A stretch of 64,000 nt of DNA from Candidatus Gottesmanbacteria bacterium UBA6580 (lineage in GTDB: Bacteria; Patescibacteriota; Microgenomatia; UBA10105; UBA927), in NCBI GenBank assembly GCA_002433895.1, contig DJJA01000003.1:107185-171184 (forward strand). Reading direction: 5' to 3'. Shown one piece after another: positions 18,610 to 27,633 of this stretch (position 1 is its first letter; every line of letters starts with the position of its first letter). Under the pieces are notes generated by a model, which saw only the letters and a list, made by a program, of their open reading frames with translations, did no database searches and was not told where the DNA came from. The translations under genes were made by a program, and so were the position numbers.

Positions 18610-21600
18610 ATGGCAAACGAAGAATTATTCAAACGGTTGAGTGAAGCAGCCAAAAAAGCAGCGGAGGGTGGCGGACAGCCAAAGCCGCCAGAGGCCCCGC
18701 CGCCACCAGAAGCTCCCGAAGTGAAGCTTGGAGAGCACAATAAGCAGGCCGGTGCAAAAGAGGTCAATAAGGAGCGGGTCGCAAATCTTGCGGCAAAGCT
18801 TGCTGAGGCAACCTCAGAAACCACAAAACGCCTTGTGGGAAGCGAAGTTGATTTTCCGACCGACGAGCGGGTATTTTCTGTCATCGAATCCCTGATTACC
18901 GCCGATGAGTCGCAGCTTGCGGATCCGGAATACATGCGGGGCATCGGGCAGCAGTTGGTGGCATTGGCAAAAGAGTCGGGGCTAACAAGCCCGACCGCGG
19001 TTGAGGCGCGGCGGTATTTACGGAAAATTGTCGCCGAACACCCGAGTCTTAGTGACCTACAGTATGAAGCTGTACCTATTATAGCTGGGGGATCGGGTAA
19101 ACCGGATGAGGAGGCAAACGACGAAGCGACCGTGGACAAGGATCCGGAACTGACCCAAGAGGTGGGTAGATTATTTAATGAGACCGCTGACACCGATCTA
19201 AAAGACACAGCAATTGCCTCTGACTTGCAGGAGCTTCAGTACCGTTTCCGTGTAGATCCGGGAGCCGCATATGACAGTAGGCTTACCGATGATGCGGTGC
19301 GACGCATGGTTGAAAAGGGGAGGCGCGAAGGGCTTGATCCAAAGCTGGTACAGAAAGCAGTGGAGCGGGTGCGTTATTTTGAGCGGTTCACCGACTTGCG
19401 GCACCAGAAATATCAGGAAAAGCTCCGCGGCGGAAGGAGCGTGGCCTGGTCAGAAATCATGGAAAATTCCCCACAGAAGTCGTTGCACGAGCCGGATGAC
19501 GTGTTTACCGATTTCCGATCCATGCCGCCTGCTGATGTAGAAACCATAATTCAGGGGGACGAGGGCGAGGCGAAGTGGTATTTCGATTTTATTGACCAGA
19601 TTTATTCCATGGGACGGGAAGAAACCCGGCCAAGCCTCACCCATGAACAACGCTTTCAGGAGTTTAAAGATTACCTTGTGTGGAAATATGGTAGTGAGTA
19701 TCACATCGCCGTGCAGATGTATCAGAAGCATTGGGATAGCCGCGGACAATATGAATATGCAGTTAAAGGACTCATGTATAACCCGGGCGACGTGAAAGAC
19801 AGGTTAAAGGCGATGTCGTTGTTGCAGGGGGCTGATCTTGACCACCTTTATAAAAACTTTGACCACTCAAACGAAGCATATAGCTTGTACGAACACGTAT
19901 TGTTTGAGCTTATGGCAACCAAGCGCGCGAAATACGGAGAGGCGCTAAAGTATTTGCGCGAAGACATCACATGGAACGGGAAAACCATGAAGCGCGAAGA
20001 CATCCTCAAAGAGCTCAAAGCGAAGCAGCGGATGGAGGGCTATGACCCGACCAAAGGAAAAACACAAAGTCCTCTCTCTATTGAGGATCAGCGGTTGATG
20101 CACGAAATACAACAGCAGATGGATTTAGCGGCGGAAGGTGTCATGTTGTGGGATGACGACGTGCAAAGTTATACCGAGTTACACATCACCCTTACCAAAT
20201 TGCGGAATAGCCGTGAGCAGCTTCTCAAAAAGAAGAGTGCTGGTACCGCGCTTACTGAAAAAGAGGCGGACCAGCTCGGTGAAATTGACAGGCTATATCA
20301 GATCTATTCCCACCGGGAAGAAATGCTTAATGAAAATTTTACCCAGGAGCTATTGGAAACGCGCGGACTTTCCCCGGTCGACATTGAGGTTCGCAAGCGG
20401 TTGGTGGGCTACCTTAAAGCACAGCATCCGGAAGACCCGAACTACAAACCGGCTGAATATGAAGTCCGTATGGCGTTATGGGCATCACGGACCGCCATGA
20501 TTGGCTCAGGACGCATGGCGATGATTGGCGCCATGATGTCGGTGCCTCCCGCTGTCGAATACGGGACATCGTCAGGTAAGCACGTCATGCGCGCGCCGGC
20601 GTTTGAAGATATCCAGCGTATTTTTAATCCGGAAACATTTGCTACCCGTTTTAATATCGGTGGCGACATGGGTATTACCGCGCGGAGCATATTCCGAAAA
20701 AACTTAATGAGAACGAAAGGGATTAATCCTAAAGAGCCTGGATGGTTTAAGAAAATGTCCGGCGCCGCAGAGAGTTTGGGGCGTAAGTTTAAACTCACCA
20801 AAACGAAAGAATGGCATGAGGCGAAGCATCATGAGCATGACAAGCAGCGGCAGCAGTCGATGGAAACATGGGAGTTTGCCGAGGACGCAACCGGTATATC
20901 ATTTAGCGAGTTGTTGGGTCCTGGATTTATGGCAAGCGGAGGATTTTATGATGGAACCGCGTGGCGTCTGGAAAAGGGAGTGGCAGACGAGCTTCGTGGA
21001 AAAATGCTAAGTCTGAAAAAATTGCCCGAAAACGCCGCGCTTTTGGATAATCAGGCGCTTTCTATACAGCTATTGACCGCGGGAAATGCCGCAGAACGCA
21101 AACCAATACTCGACCGCATGCTGCGGCGGAACCCATCGAAGTTTTTGGAGTTGTTGGAGGAAGATACAGAGCGCATATTGACGAAGAATAAGGTGACACA
21201 CGAAGAGTGGAAGAAGTTTAAAGAAGCACTTTCTCTTGCTGAGCTTAAGATGGCTCACGAGAAAGACTGGCAATTTGCACGTATAGATCTTGCTGAGAAA
21301 AAAGATTTTGATGCATTGGTGGTGCCATATCTCAACATATTGAAGCTTGACCCCGCGCGGAGTGAAAGTCTGCGCCAGGTGATCGTCGATATGCAGGCCG
21401 AAATATATCGCGGCCGCAAAGTTGATGCTTCAGGGGGCACCTTTAATAATAAAATGGACGCTATTGCCGCGCTCAAACTTCCACTCACCATGAGCTTGAC
21501 CGACTTTGATTGGAAAGAATCCAACTTTTACCAACTTGGTACCGTTGCTATGCACCGTCGTATTCGAGATGTCGGCGCACAGATGCGTGCCCGTGACGCG

Positions 21601-22221
21601 ATGCTTGGGTTTTTCTCGAATGAAGAGATGGCGCTCTCACCCAATGACTACACGAAATCGCTGCAAAAGATTATGGAGGTGCGCACCGCTATCGTCGATT
21701 ACTCAGGGCCGGATGCTGCGGAGGCGACCGCAAAAGAAATGTTACGGGTATTTTTTGAGATGAACAGACACAGAAGTCTTGGAAGCATTGCCTGGATACC
21801 GGGACTGACGGGGCTGTTACAGCACTGGGAGCCTGATTTCCGGGGGCTCGAAAACAACAAACTTATGCAGTTGCTGATTGGCAAAGAGCGGTGGCAGCAT
21901 TTAGCGAAAGAAAAGATTTCCCATTGGCCACATTCGGTGGCCGAGGCGATTTCATATTCTACGCGGTACACGGGATCACATGGAAATGTGTGGGATGAGG
22001 CCAAGATGGCGGAAATATTGCACACCGCGCATGATATGGGACTGTTTATTAATCACCCTGAGTACCTCAAGGATCTGGAAAAAGAGTTCAAAACCAGCGC
22101 GACGCACCGGTTGAGTGCGTTGTACCGAAAGTATTGGTGGGTGGTGCTCGCTGCGACGGTTGCTATAGCCATAGAGCGGGCGACGAAGGAGCAGGAGAGT
22201 GGGGGCGGAGGAGGACATTAA
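18610..22221 (+). CDS. large (1203 aa) helical protein of unknown function with Pro/Ala-rich N-terminus and C-terminal TM helix
   Basis: Uninterrupted 3.6-kb ORF; N-terminal QPKPPEAPPPPEAPE; predominantly charged/helical; C-terminal YWWVVLAATVAIAIERA hydrophobic helix followed by a GGGGGH tail; no catalytic motif recognised. Confidence 0.5.
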   Translation: MANEELFKRLSEAAKKAAEGGGQPKPPEAPPPPEAPEVKLGEHNKQAGAKEVNKERVANLAAKLAEATSETTKRLVGSEVDFPTDERVFSVIESLITADESQLADPEYMRGIGQQLVALAKESGLTSPTAVEARRYLRKIVAEHPSLSDLQYEAVPIIAGGSGKPDEEANDEATVDKDPELTQEVGRLFNETADTDLKDTAIASDLQELQYRFRVDPGAAYDSRLTDDAVRRMVEKGRREGLDPKLVQKAVERVRYFERFTDLRHQKYQEKLRGGRSVAWSEIMENSPQKSLHEPDDVFTDFRSMPPADVETIIQGDEGEAKWYFDFIDQIYSMGREETRPSLTHEQRFQEFKDYLVWKYGSEYHIAVQMYQKHWDSRGQYEYAVKGLMYNPGDVKDRLKAMSLLQGADLDHLYKNFDHSNEAYSLYEHVLFELMATKRAKYGEALKYLREDITWNGKTMKREDILKELKAKQRMEGYDPTKGKTQSPLSIEDQRLMHEIQQQMDLAAEGVMLWDDDVQSYTELHITLTKLRNSREQLLKKKSAGTALTEKEADQLGEIDRLYQIYSHREEMLNENFTQELLETRGLSPVDIEVRKRLVGYLKAQHPEDPNYKPAEYEVRMALWASRTAMIGSGRMAMIGAMMSVPPAVEYGTSSGKHVMRAPAFEDIQRIFNPETFATRFNIGGDMGITARSIFRKNLMRTKGINPKEPGWFKKMSGAAESLGRKFKLTKTKEWHEAKHHEHDKQRQQSMETWEFAEDATGISFSELLGPGFMASGGFYDGTAWRLEKGVADELRGKMLSLKKLPENAALLDNQALSIQLLTAGNAAERKPILDRMLRRNPSKFLELLEEDTERILTKNKVTHEEWKKFKEALSLAELKMAHEKDWQFARIDLAEKKDFDALVVPYLNILKLDPARSESLRQVIVDMQAEIYRGRKVDASGGTFNNKMDAIAALKLPLTMSLTDFDWKESNFYQLGTVAMHRRIRDVGAQMRARDAMLGFFSNEEMALSPNDYTKSLQKIMEVRTAIVDYSGPDAAEATAKEMLRVFFEMNRHRSLGSIAWIPGLTGLLQHWEPDFRGLENNKLMQLLIGKERWQHLAKEKISHWPHSVAEAISYSTRYTGSHGNVWDEAKMAEILHTAHDMGLFINHPEYLKDLEKEFKTSATHRLSALYRKYWWVVLAATVAIAIERATKEQESGGGGGH

Positions 22222-22264
22222 GAACGCCTCTGTGTTGTGAAGCTGTTGGGCGCGTTTCCCATTT

Positions 22265-23872
22265 TTAGTGGCCGCTGCCACCACCAGTAATGGAGCTGAG
22301 GCCTTTATCAGCGCCCTCACGCGCAATTTGCATCGGCGTTCTCGCTTCCGGCTTGTGGCGGAATGCGCTTGCGATAAAGCTCGCCTGATATCCTAGGTTA
22401 AATAGCGTGCCGACTCCTGATCCCAACGGGCCAACGATAGGTCCGATGCCGCCCGGTACGACCGGTTCTGCCTTAAGTGATTTCTGTAGTCCGGCAACAA
22501 TCGTCGGGATAACCATAAGCATGCCTAGGCCTATAAGACCCGCCATGCCATATGTTCCTTCACCCGTTGAAAGTAGGGGAGGCGCCCAAATAGATGTTGC
22601 GGTGTCCTGAGACGTAAGCACCGCGGTGATGAGGAGTAAGAGCACAGTGATAGGAAATACCAGAATTTTTGATAACAAGTTCCGGAACCACGAGTTAAAC
22701 GCGTTTGTTCCAGGAATTGCCTCCATCATCAGCTGGAACGGGGCGGTGAGCAAGGCGATAATGATGTTAATGTAGGCGTCCAAAAGCATAAAGATAAGCC
22801 GGATGACGCCGAAAAGCAAAATGATAAGGAAGATAACCGCAAGCAGCACCGGGCCGCTTGTTAATCCTAATAATGCCCCGCGTAAACCAAACATATAGCC
22901 AATAACTCCGGGAACCACTGTCCAGCCAGCCACTTTCATCGGATCATTCTGTGTAATCATGGTTCCGATATCGTCATATGCCTGAAAGCCGCTGGCAAAA
23001 AAGAACCGTAGGAGCCCGCTAACGCCACCGTTTAAAAGCAGTCCCGTGGCGTTATCCGGATCTGATGTTGTTGATGGAGCAGAAAAGCTCGGCGGCAATA
23101 AATCGATGTTGAGCGTAGTTGCGAGACTTAATAGTCTACCAAGGTTTCCACCTGACGCGCTGTCTACCGCGGAAGCTGAAAGCACGATGGCAAGATACAT
23201 AAGGTCAATCATGGCTCCTACTATGGCATAGGAGAAGGTGACGAGTCCCAACGCTATGACAATTCTCGGGATGGCATTTTGCACGGTAACCACAGTTTTC
23301 GGGTCAATTTTTTTCCGGAACATCACCATGAAGCCAACGACAATTATAATTGCGGCAAGCAGCGCGTAGGCGATGTTCCGAAATGTTTTCCAGAGAGGTA
23401 GCATGCTTTGGAGTCCGGAAAAACCAATGCCCTGCGCTTCTGCTTTGGGCGGCATAAATCCGAGCGTTCTCCCGACGTCCGCAATATATTCCGAGCTCCG
23501 TGCGGGAGGGTGTTGATACATCGCAAGCGTGCTCCGAGCCATGCCTGCAAGCGCGCTTTTTTGATAGCTTAGTCCGATAGGACAATCCGGATATGCAGCG
23601 TCACAGAGTCCGCGAAATCCCACGAGGAGTTGTACCTGGGCGATAGTGGAAGTGCCGGCGTCCCCAACTTGTTTATTAAGTGCTCCCACTTCCGCGGCCT
23701 TCATAAATCCTGCGATGACGCAGTTTACGTCCATAAACCATGTTGCATCATCACATTCATTTGCTGTTGTGGTGGCGCTATCTGCTCCTTGTGCCAGAGC
23801 GGGCACGGGAATAGCAAGAAATACCACAGCGGCAACAATGAACGCCCAAACATACGTTTTGATACGCGACAT
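22265..23872 (-). CDS. VirB6/TrbL-like polytopic T4SS inner-membrane channel protein
   Basis: Signal peptide MSRIKTYVWAFIVAAVVFLAIPVPALAQG, Cys-containing N-terminal periplasmic segment, then at least 7 hydrophobic helices with long Gly/Ala-rich TMs; terminal gene of the pilin array. Confidence 0.5.
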   Translation of the reverse strand: MSRIKTYVWAFIVAAVVFLAIPVPALAQGADSATTTANECDDATWFMDVNCVIAGFMKAAEVGALNKQVGDAGTSTIAQVQLLVGFRGLCDAAYPDCPIGLSYQKSALAGMARSTLAMYQHPPARSSEYIADVGRTLGFMPPKAEAQGIGFSGLQSMLPLWKTFRNIAYALLAAIIIVVGFMVMFRKKIDPKTVVTVQNAIPRIVIALGLVTFSYAIVGAMIDLMYLAIVLSASAVDSASGGNLGRLLSLATTLNIDLLPPSFSAPSTTSDPDNATGLLLNGGVSGLLRFFFASGFQAYDDIGTMITQNDPMKVAGWTVVPGVIGYMFGLRGALLGLTSGPVLLAVIFLIILLFGVIRLIFMLLDAYINIIIALLTAPFQLMMEAIPGTNAFNSWFRNLLSKILVFPITVLLLLITAVLTSQDTATSIWAPPLLSTGEGTYGMAGLIGLGMLMVIPTIVAGLQKSLKAEPVVPGGIGPIVGPLGSGVGTLFNLGYQASFIASAFRHKPEARTPMQIAREGADKGLSSITGGGSGH

Positions 23873-23909
23873 AGTGTAATTATCCGTGATACATTCCGCT
23901 AAAGTCAAT

Positions 23910-24221
23910 CTACTGGGTTATTGTAAAGTCGGTAACTGTGACACCAGTAAATTTTTCTATAGTGAGAATAATAAGATAGGCGACCGACATAAGAATTATT
24001 CCTGCGATGGCCTGGGTGACTGATCCTTTGGCTGCCTCTAGCTTTTTTTGGTCGCCGGCAGAAAACAGGAAATTAAATCCGCCAACAAGAAGCATGACAA
24101 ATAACGCGACCGCGCCTAGTGATACCACTGCCCGAATAACGCCGGTAACAAGGGGGACAATACATTGAATAGAAGCGACACCTTCGGCTCCCGGTATGTT
24201 TGCGCACGCGTCAGAGTTCAT
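23910..24221 (-). CDS. T4SS pilin-like protein (VirB2/TrbC-like two-helix pilin), paralog 1
   Basis: 103 aa, two hydrophobic helices separated by the conserved FSAGDQKKLEAAK..ITQAIAGIILM loop shared by all paralogs. Confidence 0.6.
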   Translation of the reverse strand: MNSDACANIPGAEGVASIQCIVPLVTGVIRAVVSLGAVALFVMLLVGGFNFLFSAGDQKKLEAAKGSVTQAIAGIILMSVAYLIILTIEKFTGVTVTDFTITQ

Positions 24222-24288
24222 ACTGCTATTATACGAGTATCAGAAGAGGGGTGACAAGCACACTTTTCTGTTTTATACGCTTCGTGTT

Positions 24289-24618
24289 TTAGTAAGGCTT
24301 CGGGAAATTAATTGAGCCGCCAATGATCTGGACGCCCAAGAAGTTTTGGACGAGTGTCATAATGGCCCAAGCAGCGCCCACAATGATGAGTCCGACGATT
24401 GCATGGGTAATCTTATTCCGCGCTTCTTCCATGCCTGCCTTGTCGCCACCTGAGGTGATCCATTTAATACCTCCCAAAATGAGGTAAAGAAATGCCAAAA
24501 GCGCTGCGATAATAAGCACGGTTCCGACAAGCGCGCTGATAAGCTTGCCAACATCGGTAATTTTAATGGAATCCGGCTGCTTAATATCTAATGCGGCCTG
24601 GGCAAATACTTTGTTCAT
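24289..24618 (-). CDS. T4SS pilin-like protein, paralog 2
   Basis: 109 aa; GGIKWITSGGDKAGMEEARNKITHAIVGLIIVGAAWAI core between two TM helices. Confidence 0.6.
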   Translation of the reverse strand: MNKVFAQAALDIKQPDSIKITDVGKLISALVGTVLIIAALLAFLYLILGGIKWITSGGDKAGMEEARNKITHAIVGLIIVGAAWAIMTLVQNFLGVQIIGGSINFPKPY

Positions 24619-24703
24619 AAATGAATCCTTTCGTCAAATCAATACAGCCTTTATTATACCATCATTTACCATTTTTGCGCAACAAAACAAGATTTGTCAA
24701 TCC

Positions 24704-25048
24704 CTAGTTAGTGATTGTTGGGATAGGGAGATTCGGGAAATCGATACCAAAAAAGTTACCCACAATCATCATGACTGCCCAGGACGCGCCCACCACGACC
24801 AACCCGACGAGCGCGTTGGTAATTTTGTCACGGGCAGACTGAAGCTTTGTTTTGTCGCCGCCACTTGTTACCCAGTCAAATCCACCGAGGAGCATGTAAA
24901 GAAGAGTAGAGATAAACGCCAAGATAAGGAATAAACCAACAAGCGCGCTGATCAACGAACCGATAGCCAGCGGACCCACTTCGTTGCCGCCTTGCCCGAG
25001 ATTACCGGGAAGAACGGGATTGACGATTTGTGCGAGGTGTCTATTCAT
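24704..25048 (-). CDS. T4SS pilin-like protein, paralog 3
   Basis: 114 aa; GGFDWVTSGGDKTKLQSARDKITNALVGLVVVGASWAV core. Confidence 0.6.
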   Translation of the reverse strand: MNRHLAQIVNPVLPGNLGQGGNEVGPLAIGSLISALVGLFLILAFISTLLYMLLGGFDWVTSGGDKTKLQSARDKITNALVGLVVVGASWAVMMIVGNFFGIDFPNLPIPTITN

Positions 25049-25050
25049 GG

Positions 25051-25416
25051 TTATTGGTTCGGACTGAGTAGTTCCATCAATCCGCTCGGATCAGACAGTG
25101 TGAAGTCAAAACCAAAGAATGTGCTGGCAAGCGCAAGTATTGCCCAGCCAGCGACAACCACGATAAGCCCGACAAACGAGTTGGTAAGCCGGTCTTTTGA
25201 GCTTTGGAGCTTTGCTTTATCTCCGCCGGAGTTAATCCAATTAAATCCTCCAATGACAAACTGAAATAGAAACCATATACCGGCAGCGACGGTCATGATG
25301 CCAATAACAGAAGACACAACCTTGGTAATGCCGGTAAGCCCGTCTCCTGGCGCGTTGCCGAAAGGCCCCAAGCCTTCACCGCCAATTTGTCCTAATTCAA
25401 GCGCTAAGTATTTCAT
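25051..25416 (-). CDS. T4SS pilin-like protein, paralog 4
   Basis: GGFNWINSGGDKAKLQSSKDRLTNSFVGLIVVVAGWAI core; start MKYLALELGQ at 25416 is preferred because it abuts the upstream gene stop (25418). Confidence 0.55.
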   Translation of the reverse strand: MKYLALELGQIGGEGLGPFGNAPGDGLTGITKVVSSVIGIMTVAAGIWFLFQFVIGGFNWINSGGDKAKLQSSKDRLTNSFVGLIVVVAGWAILALASTFFGFDFTLSDPSGLMELLSPNQ

Positions 25417-25417
25417 G

Positions 25418-25777
25418 TTATTCGTTTGGCCCGTAAATTGTCGGATTGAGAATAAAATCCGCCCGTCCAAATATGAGATGCCCAAATAGCGAAGCTATGG
25501 CAAATGATCCAACAATGATAACGAGACCTAAGAGTGATTGCCATATGCGGCTCCATGCCTCAGCAAGTTTTTTGCTGTCGCCCGCGGCGTTCATGTAGTT
25601 GTAACCGGCGATGATGAAATTAAAGAGTGCATATATGCCTGCGGCGACAAATGCCAAGCGGAGGATGTTCGTGATAAACATGCCGACCGCACCGGTTTGT
25701 ATGCTGCCATACCCGGTGCCCGACAACGGGCTTTCTATTGATCCGACGATGTCTCCAACTTGCGCCAATTCTTTCAT
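25418..25777 (-). CDS. T4SS pilin-like protein, paralog 5
   Basis: 119 aa; AGYNYMNAAGDSKKLAEAWSRIWQSLLGLVIIVGSFAI core. Confidence 0.55.
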   Translation of the reverse strand: MKELAQVGDIVGSIESPLSGTGYGSIQTGAVGMFITNILRLAFVAAGIYALFNFIIAGYNYMNAAGDSKKLAEAWSRIWQSLLGLVIIVGSFAIASLFGHLIFGRADFILNPTIYGPNE

Positions 25778-25784
25778 ACAATAA

Positions 25785-26132
25785 TTATTGCGGGCTCAGT
25801 ATGTTTAGACCGGTGATGACCTCTATGATTTGTATGATCCAAAATGAACCCAATACGATAAGAAGTCCCGCTATCGCGCCGGTGAGCGCCGTTTTGCCTT
25901 GCTGCGCTTTTTTTGCGTCTCCCGCGGCTACTATAACGTTAAATCCGCCGAAAATCAACAAAATGAAGCTTAAAATACCAGCAAGCATGAAGGCATTTTT
26001 TACGATGGCGGTCACCAGCATGCCGAAGTTGGTCAAATTCGGATTAGGTGCTAATTCCTGTAATGACTGGGCAAACACGCGTTCAAGCATACATTCATAT
26101 TTAAGTGTAAGGAATTTGCCCGGGTCAGTCAA
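25785..26132 (-). CDS. T4SS pilin-like protein, paralog 6 (first gene of the array)
   Basis: GGFNVIVAAGDAKKAQQGKTALTGAIAGLLIVLGSFWI core; an alternative start MLERVF lies at 26090. Confidence 0.55.
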   Translation of the reverse strand: MTDPGKFLTLKYECMLERVFAQSLQELAPNPNLTNFGMLVTAIVKNAFMLAGILSFILLIFGGFNVIVAAGDAKKAQQGKTALTGAIAGLLIVLGSFWIIQIIEVITGLNILSPQ

Positions 26133-26158
26133 TTATGCTAAAGTAACCAGATGTTCCC

Positions 26159-26698
26159 ATGAATGACGCAACGCTTATTGCCCGACTATTCGCCCATGAC
26201 CGGCGGGCTGCCGCAGCGTTTTATCAGCAATACGCCCCACAATTGCGCCGCCACATTCTTGCGAAGGTAAAAACCGAAGAGGACGCCGAAGAAATCCTGC
26301 AGGATACGCTTTTTTCATTTTTGGAAGGGCTTAGGGATTTTCAGCAGAAAAGCAGTGTGCGCACATATCTTTTTTCTATTTGCCACCATAAAATTATTGA
26401 TTACTACCGGAGGAAAAAAATAGGGCATTTTGTATTTTCTCAAATGCCACAGCTTGAGATGCTCGTCTCGCCGTTGCTTGGTCCCGAAGCGGAGCTTGAC
26501 GCAACGCTCGTTAAGGAAAAAATACGGCGGGTGCTGGCGCGCATGTTACCGGTTCACCGGCAGGTGCTGATACTTAAATATCTTGATCATGTGTCTGTTG
26601 AAGACATCGCCGAACGGCTCTCCATAACTTTTAAAAGTGCGGAATCGCGGCTCTTTCGGGCAAGACGCGCGTTCGTTGAATTGTTTGTATCGATATAA
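26159..26698 (+). CDS. RNA polymerase sigma-70 factor, ECF subfamily
   Basis: 179 aa; region 2 (YQQYAPQLRRHILAKV ... LQDTLFSF) and region 4 HTH (LILKYLDHVSVEDIAERLSITFKSAESRLFRARRAF). Confidence 0.75.
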   Translation: MNDATLIARLFAHDRRAAAAFYQQYAPQLRRHILAKVKTEEDAEEILQDTLFSFLEGLRDFQQKSSVRTYLFSICHHKIIDYYRRKKIGHFVFSQMPQLEMLVSPLLGPEAELDATLVKEKIRRVLARMLPVHRQVLILKYLDHVSVEDIAERLSITFKSAESRLFRARRAFVELFVSI

Positions 26699-26704
26699 AT
26701 ACTT

Positions 26705-26935
26705 ATGAGTGACGCAACGTACCAAAAATTTGTAAAGCGATGGGAAGAAGTAACTGATATTCCGCCGCAGGCACTCGGGCCATTTACCGGAATCTACAAA
26801 CAAATCACCAAAAGGTTGAAAGTGATGCCGTGGCCATGGTTTGTCGCGGCGAGTATTGGCTTTGTCCTGGCGTTGTATGTTCTTATCGGCTCTACGATCA
26901 CCATCCTCACAAGTTTACTTCAGGGCGGTTTTTAG
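26705..26935 (+). CDS. putative anti-sigma factor (small single-TM protein)
   Basis: 76 aa, cytoplasmic N-terminus then one TM (WFVAASIGFVLALYVLIGSTITIL); immediately downstream of the ECF sigma gene; its 5' coding sequence (ATGAGTGACGCAACG) is nearly identical to that of the sigma gene (ATGAATGACGCAACG). Confidence 0.35.
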   Translation: MSDATYQKFVKRWEEVTDIPPQALGPFTGIYKQITKRLKVMPWPWFVAASIGFVLALYVLIGSTITILTSLLQGGF

Positions 26936-27009
26936 GATTATTGTGGGTATATCATTCCTGTAATAAGGCAACAGCGCGGGTTTTTCGTGCTTTCGTGCGA
27001 CTAACGTAT

Positions 27010-27633
27010 ATGGACCTTATTGGTATGCTTGTTGTGGACGCGGTTGCATTTGGTCGTACCGTGGCGGGTTTAATTATCCGTCCGTACGAAACATATCGGC
27101 GCATCATTAAGCACGGGAAGGTTGGCGAGCTTGTTTTTATTGCGGCCGCGATGGTGCTGTATTTTAGCTTGGCAAGCCTTGTAAAGGTGGCTTCTTTCCG
27201 GCCGTTTTTGTTAACGCAGCAATTTACATTGCTGTTGTGGGCATCAGTAAGCGGGGCACTGCTTTCCGTCGGATGTATTTATGTAACTAGCCGGCTGCTT
27301 CGTGCGCGCACCACTTTTGCGACAGTGCTGATTGCGTGGTCTTACACGCTCATCCCGACTATTTTGTGGTTCCTCACGACATCACTGTTATACGTGATTT
27401 TACCGCCTCCCCGTACGACAAGCGCGCTTGGTATTACATTTAGCCTGCTGTTTTTGATATTTAGCGCGACCCTGTTATGGTGGAAAATAACTCTTTGTTA
27501 TCTCACGCTTCGGTTTAGTCTCAAACTTAATTTAGCAAAAAGCGTGCTGGTTGCGGTTCTATGCGCCCCCGTTCTTGCATGGTGGGCAGTGAATATGTAC
27601 CGATGGGGAGTATTTAAAGTGCCATTTTTATGA
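27010..27633 (+). CDS. polytopic membrane protein (Yip1-like)
   Basis: ATG at 27010 (MDLIGMLVVDAV); 5 hydrophobic helices; ATGA overlap with the HMG-CoA reductase start. Confidence 0.35.
   Translation: MDLIGMLVVDAVAFGRTVAGLIIRPYETYRRIIKHGKVGELVFIAAAMVLYFSLASLVKVASFRPFLLTQQFTLLLWASVSGALLSVGCIYVTSRLLRARTTFATVLIAWSYTLIPTILWFLTTSLLYVILPPPRTTSALGITFSLLFLIFSATLLWWKITLCYLTLRFSLKLNLAKSVLVAVLCAPVLAWWAVNMYRWGVFKVPFL

Noticed and set aside
18603-19208. 201-aa minus-strand ORF (Ser/Ala-rich)
   Set aside because: Antisense to the N-terminal Pro/Ala/Glu-rich region of the 1203-aa gene; no start context and low complexity.
22222-22264. Bidirectional rho-independent terminator between convergent genes (large protein and VirB6-like)
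   Set aside because: Only an imperfect GAACGC...GCGTTTC pairing with a loop of about 25 nt and no U-tract; too weak to call.
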